IMG/VR virus record: IMGVR_UViG_3300046501_000246
From: a virus
DNA length: 64,000 nucleotides
Reading direction: 5' to 3' (one strand)
Position numbers and translations under genes: made by a program. Of this stretch, positions 31,376 to 40,744 are shown in pieces. The notes below the pieces were generated by a model. It saw only the letters and a list, made by a program, of their open reading frames with translations, was not told the origin of the DNA and searched no databases. How positions within the stretch are numbered: position 1 is the stretch's first letter; each line of letters starts with the position of its first letter.

Positions 31376-31404
31376 TATCTAAGACATTCCGTATCAAATG
31401 TCAA
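31376..31404 (-). promoter_or_regulatory. probable promoter of the tRNA-like array
   Basis: TTGACA-N17-TAGATA about 50 nt upstream of RNA A; leader hairpin at 31331-31354. Confidence 0.6.
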
Positions 31405-32373
31405 CAGGTTTTTCAGATTTTTCTTCATATTCAATTTTTAAAATTTCAACTAATTCAATTGAGCCATCATTTTCACGCTCAAAAACTTCATGCGCTTCTT
31501 TTTCTGTATCTTGAATATTTTCCAAGAAAAATAATTCTTTGGTCTTGATTGCGCCTCGCACCACAACAGCGTAACCTACGACCTTCTTAGGCGGCTCGCG
31601 CCACGGCATGAAGTTGTGGATATAGCACCGCGTCACATCGCGCTCATGATCAATGATCACAGCAAGCTCAGAATTATTAGGATCGACGCCAACGAAATAG
31701 ACTTTCTCACCGCCTAGTGAGCAATAAGTTCCCGGCTCAGCCGCGTACTCAAGATCGTCGCTCCTGAACCAGTAACCTTCAAGACCCTCAAAGTTCACGC
31801 AATCCCATGTGCCTTGAAAGGCATAATTAGGGCCTAACCAAGTGTTACGATTATTAATCGCCGAAATGATGTAAGGCGTATCGAGCTTCCATTCATTAGC
31901 TATATCAGGAATAGTTTCACCGTAAAGATCGCGCCGCTGAACCAATTTAACTCTATCACCTACTCTAAAATCCATCACCAACCCTCTTTTTTTAAATCTT
32001 TGATCAACGCAGCCTTCATGACAGGGTCTTGAATGCTATCCAATCTTTCGCGTTGCAACTTAGCATATTCTCTTGCTTGGTCCAGAACTTCGTTCTTCAT
32101 TTCTACTAAATGAGGAGGCATTTCATAAGGCTTAGTACTAATAACAACAGGCTCAGGAATCTCAACCGTCATAGGGTAAACTTCGACAACTTTAAATTTT
32201 CTATCTTTGTTTTTTGCTACCCACTGAACGATCTCTTCATATGTCATGACAAGATAATTCACAGCATTATCACCGTTCCACCATCCCTCGCCATCACAAC
32301 CAATATTCGTGTCAAACAGAACGACGGCAAAATGCTGGTCTGAAGGAAATCTTTTACTAATAGGAATAGTCAT
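31394..32373 (-). other. two hypothetical genes
   Basis: ORFs 31394-31981 (195 aa, DFRVGDRVKL SH3-like start) and 31975-32373 (132 aa). Confidence 0.65.
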
Positions 32374-32440
32374 ATATAAATACCGCCTTGATCAATTATT
32401 AATGGTGTGTTACACATCTTGATACATGACAATTTGAGGG

Positions 32441-32569
32441 CTTCCTTAGTATTTCTCAGTAATCAAAGTAGTAGTTTTAGGTCAGTTACTACTTTGAGAG
32501 GAGTATCTAAGGGAGAAGCGAGCGGGGCGACGTGACGAGAGTTGTAACAGTTTCTTTCGTCACGTCGTC
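32441..32569 (+). ncRNA. candidate structured RNA: two long hairpins
   Basis: nested arms 32441-32474 / 32486-32515 (12-bp core TCAAAGTAGTAG/TTACTACTTTGA) and 32526-32540 / 32555-32569; mismatches read as G-U on the + strand. Confidence 0.45.
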
Positions 32570-32950
32570 TTAAGCTGGTACAGCCAAGCCTGCATACCGC
32601 GCTGCCCCAATGAGGCGTTGTTTCATATCTTCGGGGCTTTTGGCAAAATCATGAGCCTGCTGTAGCTCACGAATAAGTGTGAGTTGTTGGTCGGAAAGAT
32701 TATTCACAAAGTACTTCACGCCATTAACAGATATCCTTTCAAATTCTTCTTTGTAATCAGCATCTGGAAGGATATGCCCCGCAGCGCAGCGGCAGCCATT
32801 AGCGCCTCGATACCTGCACTGAACAAAACTTGGATCAATGTCCCACATCTCATCTACCTGCTCAGGCACGACAGACTTGATAAAACCCTGCTTCTCAAGA
32901 GCGGTAAACACCGCGTCAAAAAGTTCTTGTTCATTCGAAAATTGTGTCAT
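32570..32950 (-). CDS. hypothetical protein, paralog of next gene
   Basis: QELFD...L.KQGF..S...CRYR...CAAG.ILPD.Y. Confidence 0.7.
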   Translation of the reverse strand: MTQFSNEQELFDAVFTALEKQGFIKSVVPEQVDEMWDIDPSFVQCRYRGANGCRCAAGHILPDADYKEEFERISVNGVKYFVNNLSDQQLTLIRELQQAHDFAKSPEDMKQRLIGAARYAGLAVPA

Positions 32951-33272
32951 CTGGAATCTCCAATTTGTGGCGCTGAGCTAACTTTTGAAGCCTCCAACGC
33001 ATTTCCTCAATCATCATTGATTCATCGTGAATCTCTTGAGCTTCTTCAATGAAATCTAAATGCTCCATTCCCATAAAAAAGTCAAGTTCCCTAATGGTTA
33101 AACCTTCCATTTTTCGAGCCGAATACACTTCATCTGGAATTAACCAACCTCCGACGCACTTTAACTTTCTTCGTTTATTTCTGTAACGACAATCGTAGCC
33201 TATAGTGCTTTGACGAAAGCCTTGAGATTTCATTCCGAGGTAGATAGTGTCGAAGATTTCTTGTTTAGTCAT
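32931..33272 (-). CDS. hypothetical protein, paralog of previous gene
   Basis: QEIFD...M.SQGF..S...CRYR...CVGG.LIPD.Y. Confidence 0.7.
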   Translation of the reverse strand: MTKQEIFDTIYLGMKSQGFRQSTIGYDCRYRNKRRKLKCVGGWLIPDEVYSARKMEGLTIRELDFFMGMEHLDFIEEAQEIHDESMMIEEMRWRLQKLAQRHKLEIPDDTIFE

Positions 33273-33725
33273 TTAGTTTGGCTTCCGCGAAGCTCATCTC
33301 GTCTACAAGAATTAGATTTGAATCAGTTTCGATCCACGCCCTAGCGCCACAATTAAGCTGTGAGCCATCATAAACTAGTTTAGATGGGCCATCGATAATG
33401 ACTTCTCTGGCGTATCTCGTCTTGCCTCGGTCCTTAATGGTATAGACAGGCCTATTTCCACCATCTTTTGCATTTGCTGCGATGAAATGTCTGTTGACAT
33501 GAATGATTTTAGTCACTTATCACAATATCCCATGTAATAGGCCCAAACAACGTTCTTTCCAAAGAGAATAGAATTACCTAGTCCGCAGTGGTAACTCGCT
33601 ACGCCTTTGGCATAGAGACCGAAACCGGCGAGAATAATGAATATAGTAATTCCAACAACAGGTAAAATATTACGCATAAGGTTTAATAATACCTTCTGAG
33701 AGTGCTGTTTTAAAGCGGTCAACAT
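33265..33725 (-). other. two small hypothetical genes
   Basis: 33265-33516 (KIIHVNRH.I..N.K motif) and 33513-33725 (membrane). Confidence 0.6.
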
Positions 33726-34548
33726 AATTTTCGTTATACATTTCTAACACGGTAAAGTAATTTTCCCATGCGTAGGTCCGCCACCAACCAGAGGCAATGC
33801 TGGTGCACACTTTTTCAAGCGCTGTAGTAAATGACTTATACCGATCAGGCTCAAAATTAAACGGAATTTGGCTACGTTCTAGCGCGAGCGTCAGGCTTTC
33901 CTCTAAAACAGTAGCTAGCTTAATCTCTTCAGGCTGAGCCATGAATTTCTCTTTCGAGCAAAACACTTCCGCTGCATCATCTTTAATAAGTTCGAATGCA
34001 GGCGTCGAGAATGTTTTTACAGATTCATGAATCGTATCATGATCGTAGATATAAGGAACTTCATCATTACTGAAAAAGTTTTCTTTATTTCTCTTTAAAC
34101 TAGGATGACCGTAATCGTAAGTCACTTTGGATCGGCGCTTGAGCCAATCTGTCAGACTTTCAGGAACTGTAGCTCCAAGCATTCTCAAGTACCAGATATC
34201 TTTCATAGTTTTAAGAAAATGAGGGCTATTTTTAAGAAACCTATGCGACATTTTAAGTGTCAGAAGCAGATTAGGCTCAGCGATCAAATGCCCATCGTGT
34301 TGAAGACGAGCTAAATCGTAATCCTTATCGCTTATAAACATTAATTCTTGACCCGTTTCCGACGTGTCAAATTCCACCGGATCAGACCCTTGCATGAAAA
34401 TCGTCTCGCCAAATTTTGTAGGCTTGACGAGAACGATTTTATCACTATTTACTTCTTTAAAAAGTTCTAACTCACCGGGAGTTGCGATATAGTCGATATC
34501 ACTAGGGACCCGACCGAAATCAAATGCTTGAGAACCGACTAAAAGCAT
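33670..34548 (-). CDS. pol-beta-superfamily nucleotidyltransferase-like protein
   Basis: N-terminal LVGS-x10-DIDY motif; conserved LKMSHRF..SPHF.KT..D and YDHDTIHE segments. Confidence 0.6.
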   Translation of the reverse strand: MLLVGSQAFDFGRVPSDIDYIATPGELELFKEVNSDKIVLVKPTKFGETIFMQGSDPVEFDTSETGQELMFISDKDYDLARLQHDGHLIAEPNLLLTLKMSHRFLKNSPHFLKTMKDIWYLRMLGATVPESLTDWLKRRSKVTYDYGHPSLKRNKENFFSNDEVPYIYDHDTIHESVKTFSTPAFELIKDDAAEVFCSKEKFMAQPEEIKLATVLEESLTLALERSQIPFNFEPDRYKSFTTALEKVCTSIASGWWRTYAWENYFTVLEMYNENYVDRFKTALSEGIIKPYA

Positions 34549-34595
34549 AACATTACTCCTTTAATAACCTTCTTTAAATTAATTTGAGGAAGGTT

Positions 34596-34733
34596 TTAGC
34601 AGCTAGAGCCTTCCCAAGAAGTCCAATCGTCATAAAGTTCAGCGTCTTCGATTGCTTCCGCGATAGTGGTGCGCTGCTCTTCGGTAAGCTCTACGCCGGA
34701 ACGAAGTAGTTCAAGGGCTTCAGTCTTTGTCAT
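34596..34733 (-). CDS. 45-aa paralog of the C-terminal half of ORF 34761-35048
   Basis: read by hand: MTKTEALELLRSGVELTEEQRTTIAEAIEDAELYDDWTSWEGSSC. Confidence 0.65.
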   Translation of the reverse strand: MTKTEALELLRSGVELTEEQRTTIAEAIEDAELYDDWTSWEGSSC

Positions 34734-34760
34734 AATATATTTCCTTTTTAAAAGTTAATG

Positions 34761-37281
34761 TTAGCACATGGATGATGAAGATACCCAACCGCTTCGGTTG
34801 TAATAATTGTTGTCATCTTCGTCAATTATTTTGGCAATATTTTTACGCTGTTCCGCGCTAAGGTCCTTGCCCGACCTTAGAAGTGCCAGTGCGTCATCCT
34901 TAGACATACGCTCTGGATAATATGTACCGCCCATGCCGTAGGCTAAATCGAAATGAAAGGTTTCGCCGGTACTGTTTGCAATTTCTTCTGCCTCAGTAAT
35001 AAGAGACAGGGCTTGTTCTAGTAGTTTTTCAATTTCTGCTTTAGACATTAAATATTTGTTCCATAATTTTTAAAATATTTTCTCTTGGATACTCAGCCAC
35101 TAAGGCGTCACAGTCCATCATATCGTCAACTCTGCGATCAAGAGGAAGCGCCGTAAGTTCAGGCCCATAACCGTTACGGCAGGCATTTTCCCAAGATTCT
35201 TTAATTAATTCAAATAATTCATTCTTCATAAAAATCTTTAAAACACTCTTCACATAAAACTTTTCCATTACCATCCTCGATAAATTCGAGAACGGCGCTT
35301 TCCATCCACCACCCGCAATCGGAGCAGCACTCAATGCTAGGGCGAGCGTTTAAAAGCTCGTCTTCCCAATCCAGACTTTCGTCTAGGTCCAAAGCCTCGC
35401 ATGCCATAACTATGGTCTGACACGTACCGCCAAGGAAGAAGGCCATAAGCTCCCTGTCTTCCTCAAGACTCGGCATGAGCTTCAACTTCTTTCATGATAA
35501 GATCGATCATGTCTTCCTTTATCCGACCGCTGCAATACGCCCGCATCACGATGTATAATTCTTCCATCGTCAGCTTATCCAAGTCTTGGCGATTGATCGT
35601 GCCGTCATGCTTGATAACTATTCGCTTCCCGTTTCCCACGGCAAGCATCGTGCCGTGGTACATCTTCTTGAACGCCATTTATAGCAGGCCTTTTTTGCCG
35701 GTCAGCTTCTCGATGGCGTACTGCTTCTTTGCCTCATCCATCGCAGTGATGGAGCACGCCTCGTTGATCTTATAGACCGGGAGTTGTTTCATATATTTAG
35801 GCATTTCGGTGACGCAGTTGTCGAAAATGTTTTTCGCAATCTGCTGCGTCCTACCCTCTTCGGTCTGCGGCAGGCCTAAACTGTCTCGGTAGACATAAGC
35901 CATCGAACCTAGTAAAGGGATGGCTAATACGACAAACGGCATTACAATCTTTCTATTCATGGCAAGTCCTCCTATGTTATATACTAGAAGGACACTACAC
36001 ATGATTCTTCAACGCAAGTCAAGTATTAAATTTCGTCAATTTGACGATGGCCAATACCAGCAGCGATAAGATCATTAATTAGTTGTTCCTTGGATTCATA
36101 TCCAAGCGTGGTGAAGGCGCTACCACTTTCGTCATCGATTGTAGCGGTAAAGCCATGAAATTCACCCTCTTCATGGTTAAACTCAACCAAGACAGCGACA
36201 GTTTCGACAACAGCGTCTATCTCCATGAGAGCTTCCTCGATCTCATCAAAATTTGCTGGCACTGGATCGCCAAAAAAATTCCTCTTCATTCACCGGTCTC
36301 CTTATCTCTCAGTTCATCAATGGCTTCTTGAACATCATCCATAGATCGATATTCGCCATTTAAAAAGAAACGTTTAAAAGGCCTGTACCACACTTTACAC
36401 ATAATTACGTATCGGCGCGGCGCTAAGGCATGGATAAAATATTTTACCATGATACGCGGATTACGTAATTCCCTTCTTCGATCCAACCCATATTGGCGGC
36501 ATAAGTCATGACAACCCGACGACTACGCTCCATGCTAAGCCAACCGGTACTTAAGAATTCATCAAGAACATTTTGATCCCATTGATCAAGTTCTTTTCTC
36601 TGAACCAAAACGGCATAATCTGAATAATTATTTGTATCGCCAACCTCAACAGATTTGCCAATTTTCTTGGAAAGATAAAGAGCTAGGTCGAATGCATTGA
36701 CGTAACTCGTTACCCTAATCTCCATCTTCAAGCCGTTACCCTCCACGACTCGCCCTCCTCTGATTCTTTAAACAGGTCGAAATCCATGGCATCAAGATAT
36801 CCTGATTCCCAATCTTGATATTCGTCCTGAGACATTTTGTAAGGATTTTCGCCCCGGTCAGACCCAAAGAAATATGCGTCCCAACCTTCTTCAAACGCTT
36901 TGCTCTCCACTTTCCAATTCCTCCTTTTCTTCTCCTTCAACTGAAACGATGTTAACGTTTTTAGCAAAGTATCTGATTCCATTTGACAAGTCAATAGTTA
37001 TACCGTCTGGATAACGCTTAAACAAAGTGCCTTCATATTGGTCTCGATGATAAGCGTCCCAAACGATTGCAGTGGCCATGTCAATAACGCCTCGCTAATT
37101 CTAGTCTAATAATTTCTATCTTAGATGAAGAAGCTAGGCTCTCACCAATTTCAGCGCCATGATCCTCAAGAGCCATCTGCCATTCCAGTGCTGACCGCAG
37201 CTGAGCCGTCGTCATGTCGGAAGCTTCACGACTAAGCCTCTGGCGTCGTTCTTCCCTTGTCTTGTCGTAATAACTCATCAA
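34761..37281 (-). other. array of small hypothetical genes (part 4)
   Basis: ORFs 34761-35048, 35041-35334, 35219-35485, 35463-35678, 35679-36002, 36026-36289, 36286-36486, 36444-36746, 36891-37079, 37081-37281. Confidence 0.65.
36728..36994 (-). CDS. ribosome modulation factor (Rmf)-like small protein
   Basis: AFEEGWDAYFFG....NPY......DWESGYLDA parallels the Rmf G-Y-x-A-G...CPY...W-x-x-G-W pattern. Confidence 0.45.
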   Translation of the reverse strand: MTCQMESDTLLKTLTSFQLKEKKRRNWKVESKAFEEGWDAYFFGSDRGENPYKMSQDEYQDWESGYLDAMDFDLFKESEEGESWRVTA

Positions 37282-37739
37282 AGCATCCCCTTCACAACTT
37301 TCGAAGCAGTTTTGCCGTCATATTGACCGGCATAATGATCTTTGAGATATTTCATCAAAGAACCCATTACCTTCTCTGTACCACTTTTTTCGAGAATGTC
37401 AAGGATTTCTTGCTCATTAAGTTGCTTAGGCAGGAAAGATTCGATGATAGCCTTCTCCTTAAGTGACTTAGCGTTCTCAGGCACGACGAGCAAAAATTCA
37501 ATTGTCTTCTTTTCAAAAGATTTAAGAACCTTGACCACGTCCTCTTCTGTCACGACCTTTATGCCATCAACCATTTTAGCGTTAGATTCGATCTCACCAA
37601 TGATGGTTGACAGGAAGGCCGATGTTTCAGTGTCGCGAGCCTTGCGACTGTCCAGAAAATGTGTACGAATTTTGGTCAGAGTGTCAGACATTGTTTTCTC
37701 CTCTAATGTTGTGATCAGCCACGGCACGTGCCGCATCAT
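37278..37739 (-). CDS. GatB/YqeY-domain protein
   Basis: RKARD...LSTIIGEI...VVKVLKS...EKAIIESFLPKQL.EQEI...MGSLMK.LK...GQYDGK.AS; start likely MSDTLT. Confidence 0.85.
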   Translation of the reverse strand: MMRHVPWLITTLEEKTMSDTLTKIRTHFLDSRKARDTETSAFLSTIIGEIESNAKMVDGIKVVTEEDVVKVLKSFEKKTIEFLLVVPENAKSLKEKAIIESFLPKQLNEQEILDILEKSGTEKVMGSLMKYLKDHYAGQYDGKTASKVVKGML

Positions 37740-37920
37740 CAGCGTTTAAAAAGATAGCAACAAGTTCTCTGGACCGACCCTCGTCATAGGGATAAAAATG
37801 TCTAAAAACTTTGCGCTTCTCTTCCCTGTCATATTCCTCCCACGTATTTTTATCAAACTTTCGGGTAATATTTGTGACAAGGAGACTTCCTTGATACCAA
37901 ATGTCTTTATTTGTCGTCAT
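37684..37920 (-). CDS. hypothetical protein
   Basis: 78 aa, abuts flanking genes. Confidence 0.55.
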   Translation of the reverse strand: MTTNKDIWYQGSLLVTNITRKFDKNTWEEYDREEKRKVFRHFYPYDEGRSRELVAIFLNADDAARAVADHNIRGENNV

Positions 37921-38666
37921 TTATCTTTCAAACCCTCGCCATTTACTGGATTACATGTAGCACTCAACAAATGAGGATAAATTTCCCAATTGCGCATCAG
38001 GAGCTTTAACCTGAAGCCGTATGACGTTGTGGTGCAGATATTAAGGCCGGGGGGAACGGTGGCACTGACATAATCGCTGTAGAACAGACCATGGCTATGC
38101 ATCAAGCTCCACAGGTGGTTGAACAGCGTCCCTTCGATTCTAAAATAGATGGTGTCATTCTCATCCAACGGTAGGCGTGTCGCGCCTTGCACTGAGTGAA
38201 TGTTATTTTCCGAATCAATTTCTTGACTATTGTGCAAGTAAATTTTTTCATTGACTTTTGCGGTCAAACCATAACTCACCGCCTCACCGGCAAAGAATAT
38301 CATGGGCCACAGGAAGAACCAGACAAAGATCACTGAACCAGTGAGAAGCATCCCGGCCCTCACCTTGGAGAACCGGAGATTTTCAAATTCGTCACGCTGA
38401 TACACGACAAGGCTCCAAAGGCGTCTGTACTGCTTCAGGAGCTTCCAGAACGGCCAACGAACAACTTTCCATGTCGGAATACCAACGTTCCAGAACGACC
38501 ACTGGCACGCCGCTACGACCTGAAGAATGAACCTGTGGAACATGTTCAAATCTTCCGACATGCGCTCGACGCGAGATTCCGATTTTACCTTGGCCCTGTC
38601 TAGCTCAATTTTTTCCTGAGTCTCGCGAGCCCTGCGCATTTGCTCAAGAAGATCATTGTCAGCCAT
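37917..38666 (-). CDS. membrane protein (possible DUF1523-like C-terminus)
   Basis: hydrophobic segments GMLLTGSVIFVWFFLWPMIFF; C-terminal SYGFRLKLL...IYP; coupled to the AAA gene by TAATG. Confidence 0.65.
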   Translation of the reverse strand: MADNDLLEQMRRARETQEKIELDRAKVKSESRVERMSEDLNMFHRFILQVVAACQWSFWNVGIPTWKVVRWPFWKLLKQYRRLWSLVVYQRDEFENLRFSKVRAGMLLTGSVIFVWFFLWPMIFFAGEAVSYGLTAKVNEKIYLHNSQEIDSENNIHSVQGATRLPLDENDTIYFRIEGTLFNHLWSLMHSHGLFYSDYVSATVPPGLNICTTTSYGFRLKLLMRNWEIYPHLLSATCNPVNGEGLKDK

Positions 38667-40663
38667 TATTGCTCCTTCTCCACCTTAAATGATTTTGTTT
38701 CAGTATCATACTTTACAGAGAGATTACCTGTAAAGCCATCGATGGCAAAATCAGCGAAAATAGGCTCAAGATTGGTTTCGATGTATCCCGGCAAGCCGCG
38801 AGCCCCAATGACAGGGTCATAGTGATCGGCGCAGAAATTCGTGATCGTTTGTCCCTGAATAGTGATAACAATCCCTTCCTCGCCATAGACGCCAGAAATT
38901 TTATTAATTTCGCGCATAACAATATGTTCGATATGTTCCACTTCAAGCTTTCTGAAGCAAACAATGTTCTCACGGCCCGCAAATCTGTTAAGGAATTCAG
39001 GACGATAGGTATTGTTTAGGTCTTCATACGCAAGAGTTTCAGCCTCCTCCCACGTCAATTCCTCATTGAGGAAATGGGGCTGACCAATATTCGTTGTCAT
39101 GATAATGATGGAATCTGCGAACGATACGGTACGGCCCAAGTTATCAGTGAGACGCCCATCAGAAAGAATCTGAAGGAAGAGATTGAAAATCTGAGGATCA
39201 GCCTTTTCAATTTCATCGAAGAGAAGAATCTGATTAGGATTGGTTCGCATCAAGTTGGTCAAAACACCACCAGCCTCAGCCAGTTCATAGCCGGGAGGCG
39301 CACCGATAAGCTTTGCCACGGCATGCTTTTCCGAGTATTCCGACATGTCGAAGCGAGCCAGCGATTTCTCACTACCTAGGAGGATTGAGGCCAAAGCCTT
39401 TGCAATTTCGGTTTTACCAACGCCAGATGGACCGAGAAACATGAACGAAGCTTGCGGAGATTCCTTATTACGACGCACGGCGCGAGCCACTTTGACCGCA
39501 TTTGCCAACTTACCAACGGCCTGTGCTTGCCCGAAGATACGCTGACCCAAAGCGTTCTCAAGACCCTTCAGCTTTTCACGCTCGTTTTCATTAAGCTTCG
39601 ACGCCGCAATTCCTGAAATCGTGGAAAATTCTTCCGTCACCATTTCTTTCGTCAAGCGTAGATCGGCATTAATTTGAAGTTTTAACTTATCAAATTCTGC
39701 CTTATTCGCATCAACTACTTTTTGGAATTCTTTAATAGTTTTGCGAAGTTCCATAACGGCGGGAGGCTCAATCCCGATATTGAAACTGTCGCCCTTGTCC
39801 TTGATTTCCTTCAGCTTTTGCTCAATATTTTCTTCAAGATTGGCGATTTCGATTTCGCCGTCTCTTTTGTTTTTATTAAATTCTCGTAGCTTTGCAGAAA
39901 CAGTTTCGTCTAGACCGGCGTGAGCCTTGAGACGATAACTGGCAAGTGCACGATCCAGAAGTGTGACGCTACGCTCTGGCTGAGCACGGCTGAGACCCGG
40001 ATCGCGGGTACGATATTTGTTCGTAAGTGTAATCGCCTCAAGAATAGCGTCATCGTTGATTACAATCTCGTGATACTTTGACAGACCTTCAGCTGTCTTC
40101 GTGACGATTTCATGAAGCGCCTCTTTGACAGGCTCAATCACGTCCATCATTGTGAAACATTCCTTCAGGTCACTATGAACCCTCATGACAGTTTCAGCAT
40201 CTTCGTCGCGCGTTTCAAAGATAACCTGAGTCAGGTTCCGCTTAACGGACGACATTAGGTCATTAATGAAATGAACCGCGCCATTGTTACGGCAAGCCTC
40301 AATGAAATCACGCGTATCTTCGATGATCAGAATAGAATCAGGCGTCTTTTCGAGACGAGCCATGATCTTTCGGAAATCTTCACTCGTCTTGTTGGAATCG
40401 CCGGATGAGAAAAGACCATCGGTATCTAGCCAGAACAATCGCTTCGCCACGATATCAAATGGCGCGTCTGGATCAGCCTTCCTCATCTGAAGTCCAAGGC
40501 ACAGCGCGGTAATACCTACACCACCGGGACCGACAAGCACGACAGAGTTAGCCGCGCTGCGCATCAAAATAGCGCTGAGCCGGTCCAAGTCGTGATTTCG
40601 ACCCACGAGATTGAATCCTACGTGCTGTGCCAGATATTCAGAACCACGAATCAGGTAATCCAA
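38666..40663 (-). CDS. ClpA/ClpB-family AAA+ ATPase, no N-domain, first AAA module degenerate
   Basis: D2 intact (GPSGVGKT, DMSEY, LIGAPPGY, LLFDEIEKA, RPEFLNR, GARGL); D1 Walker A GPGGVGIT and Walker B IIED. Confidence 0.88.
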   Translation of the reverse strand: MDYLIRGSEYLAQHVGFNLVGRNHDLDRLSAILMRSAANSVVLVGPGGVGITALCLGLQMRKADPDAPFDIVAKRLFWLDTDGLFSSGDSNKTSEDFRKIMARLEKTPDSILIIEDTRDFIEACRNNGAVHFINDLMSSVKRNLTQVIFETRDEDAETVMRVHSDLKECFTMMDVIEPVKEALHEIVTKTAEGLSKYHEIVINDDAILEAITLTNKYRTRDPGLSRAQPERSVTLLDRALASYRLKAHAGLDETVSAKLREFNKNKRDGEIEIANLEENIEQKLKEIKDKGDSFNIGIEPPAVMELRKTIKEFQKVVDANKAEFDKLKLQINADLRLTKEMVTEEFSTISGIAASKLNENEREKLKGLENALGQRIFGQAQAVGKLANAVKVARAVRRNKESPQASFMFLGPSGVGKTEIAKALASILLGSEKSLARFDMSEYSEKHAVAKLIGAPPGYELAEAGGVLTNLMRTNPNQILLFDEIEKADPQIFNLFLQILSDGRLTDNLGRTVSFADSIIIMTTNIGQPHFLNEELTWEEAETLAYEDLNNTYRPEFLNRFAGRENIVCFRKLEVEHIEHIVMREINKISGVYGEEGIVITIQGQTITNFCADHYDPVIGARGLPGYIETNLEPIFADFAIDGFTGNLSVKYDTETKSFKVEKEQ

Positions 40664-40692
40664 AATTTTTCTCCTTATAAGTTTAGATGTAA

Positions 40693-40731
40693 TTAAGGCG
40701 CTATTTAAAGCGCCTTAAGTTACTTTGTCAA
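40693..40731 (-). promoter_or_regulatory. hairpin overlapping a TTGACA promoter upstream of the ClpB-like gene
   Basis: TTAAGGCGCT-atttaa-AGCGCCTTAA; TTGACA at 40731-40726. Confidence 0.5.
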
Positions 40732-40744
40732 GTGAAAGAACGTT

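Noticed and set aside
38666-40663. Bona fide clpB gene or type VI secretion ClpV
   Set aside because: It lacks the N-domain and a functional D1, and no T6SS genes are nearby, so no gene symbol was assigned.
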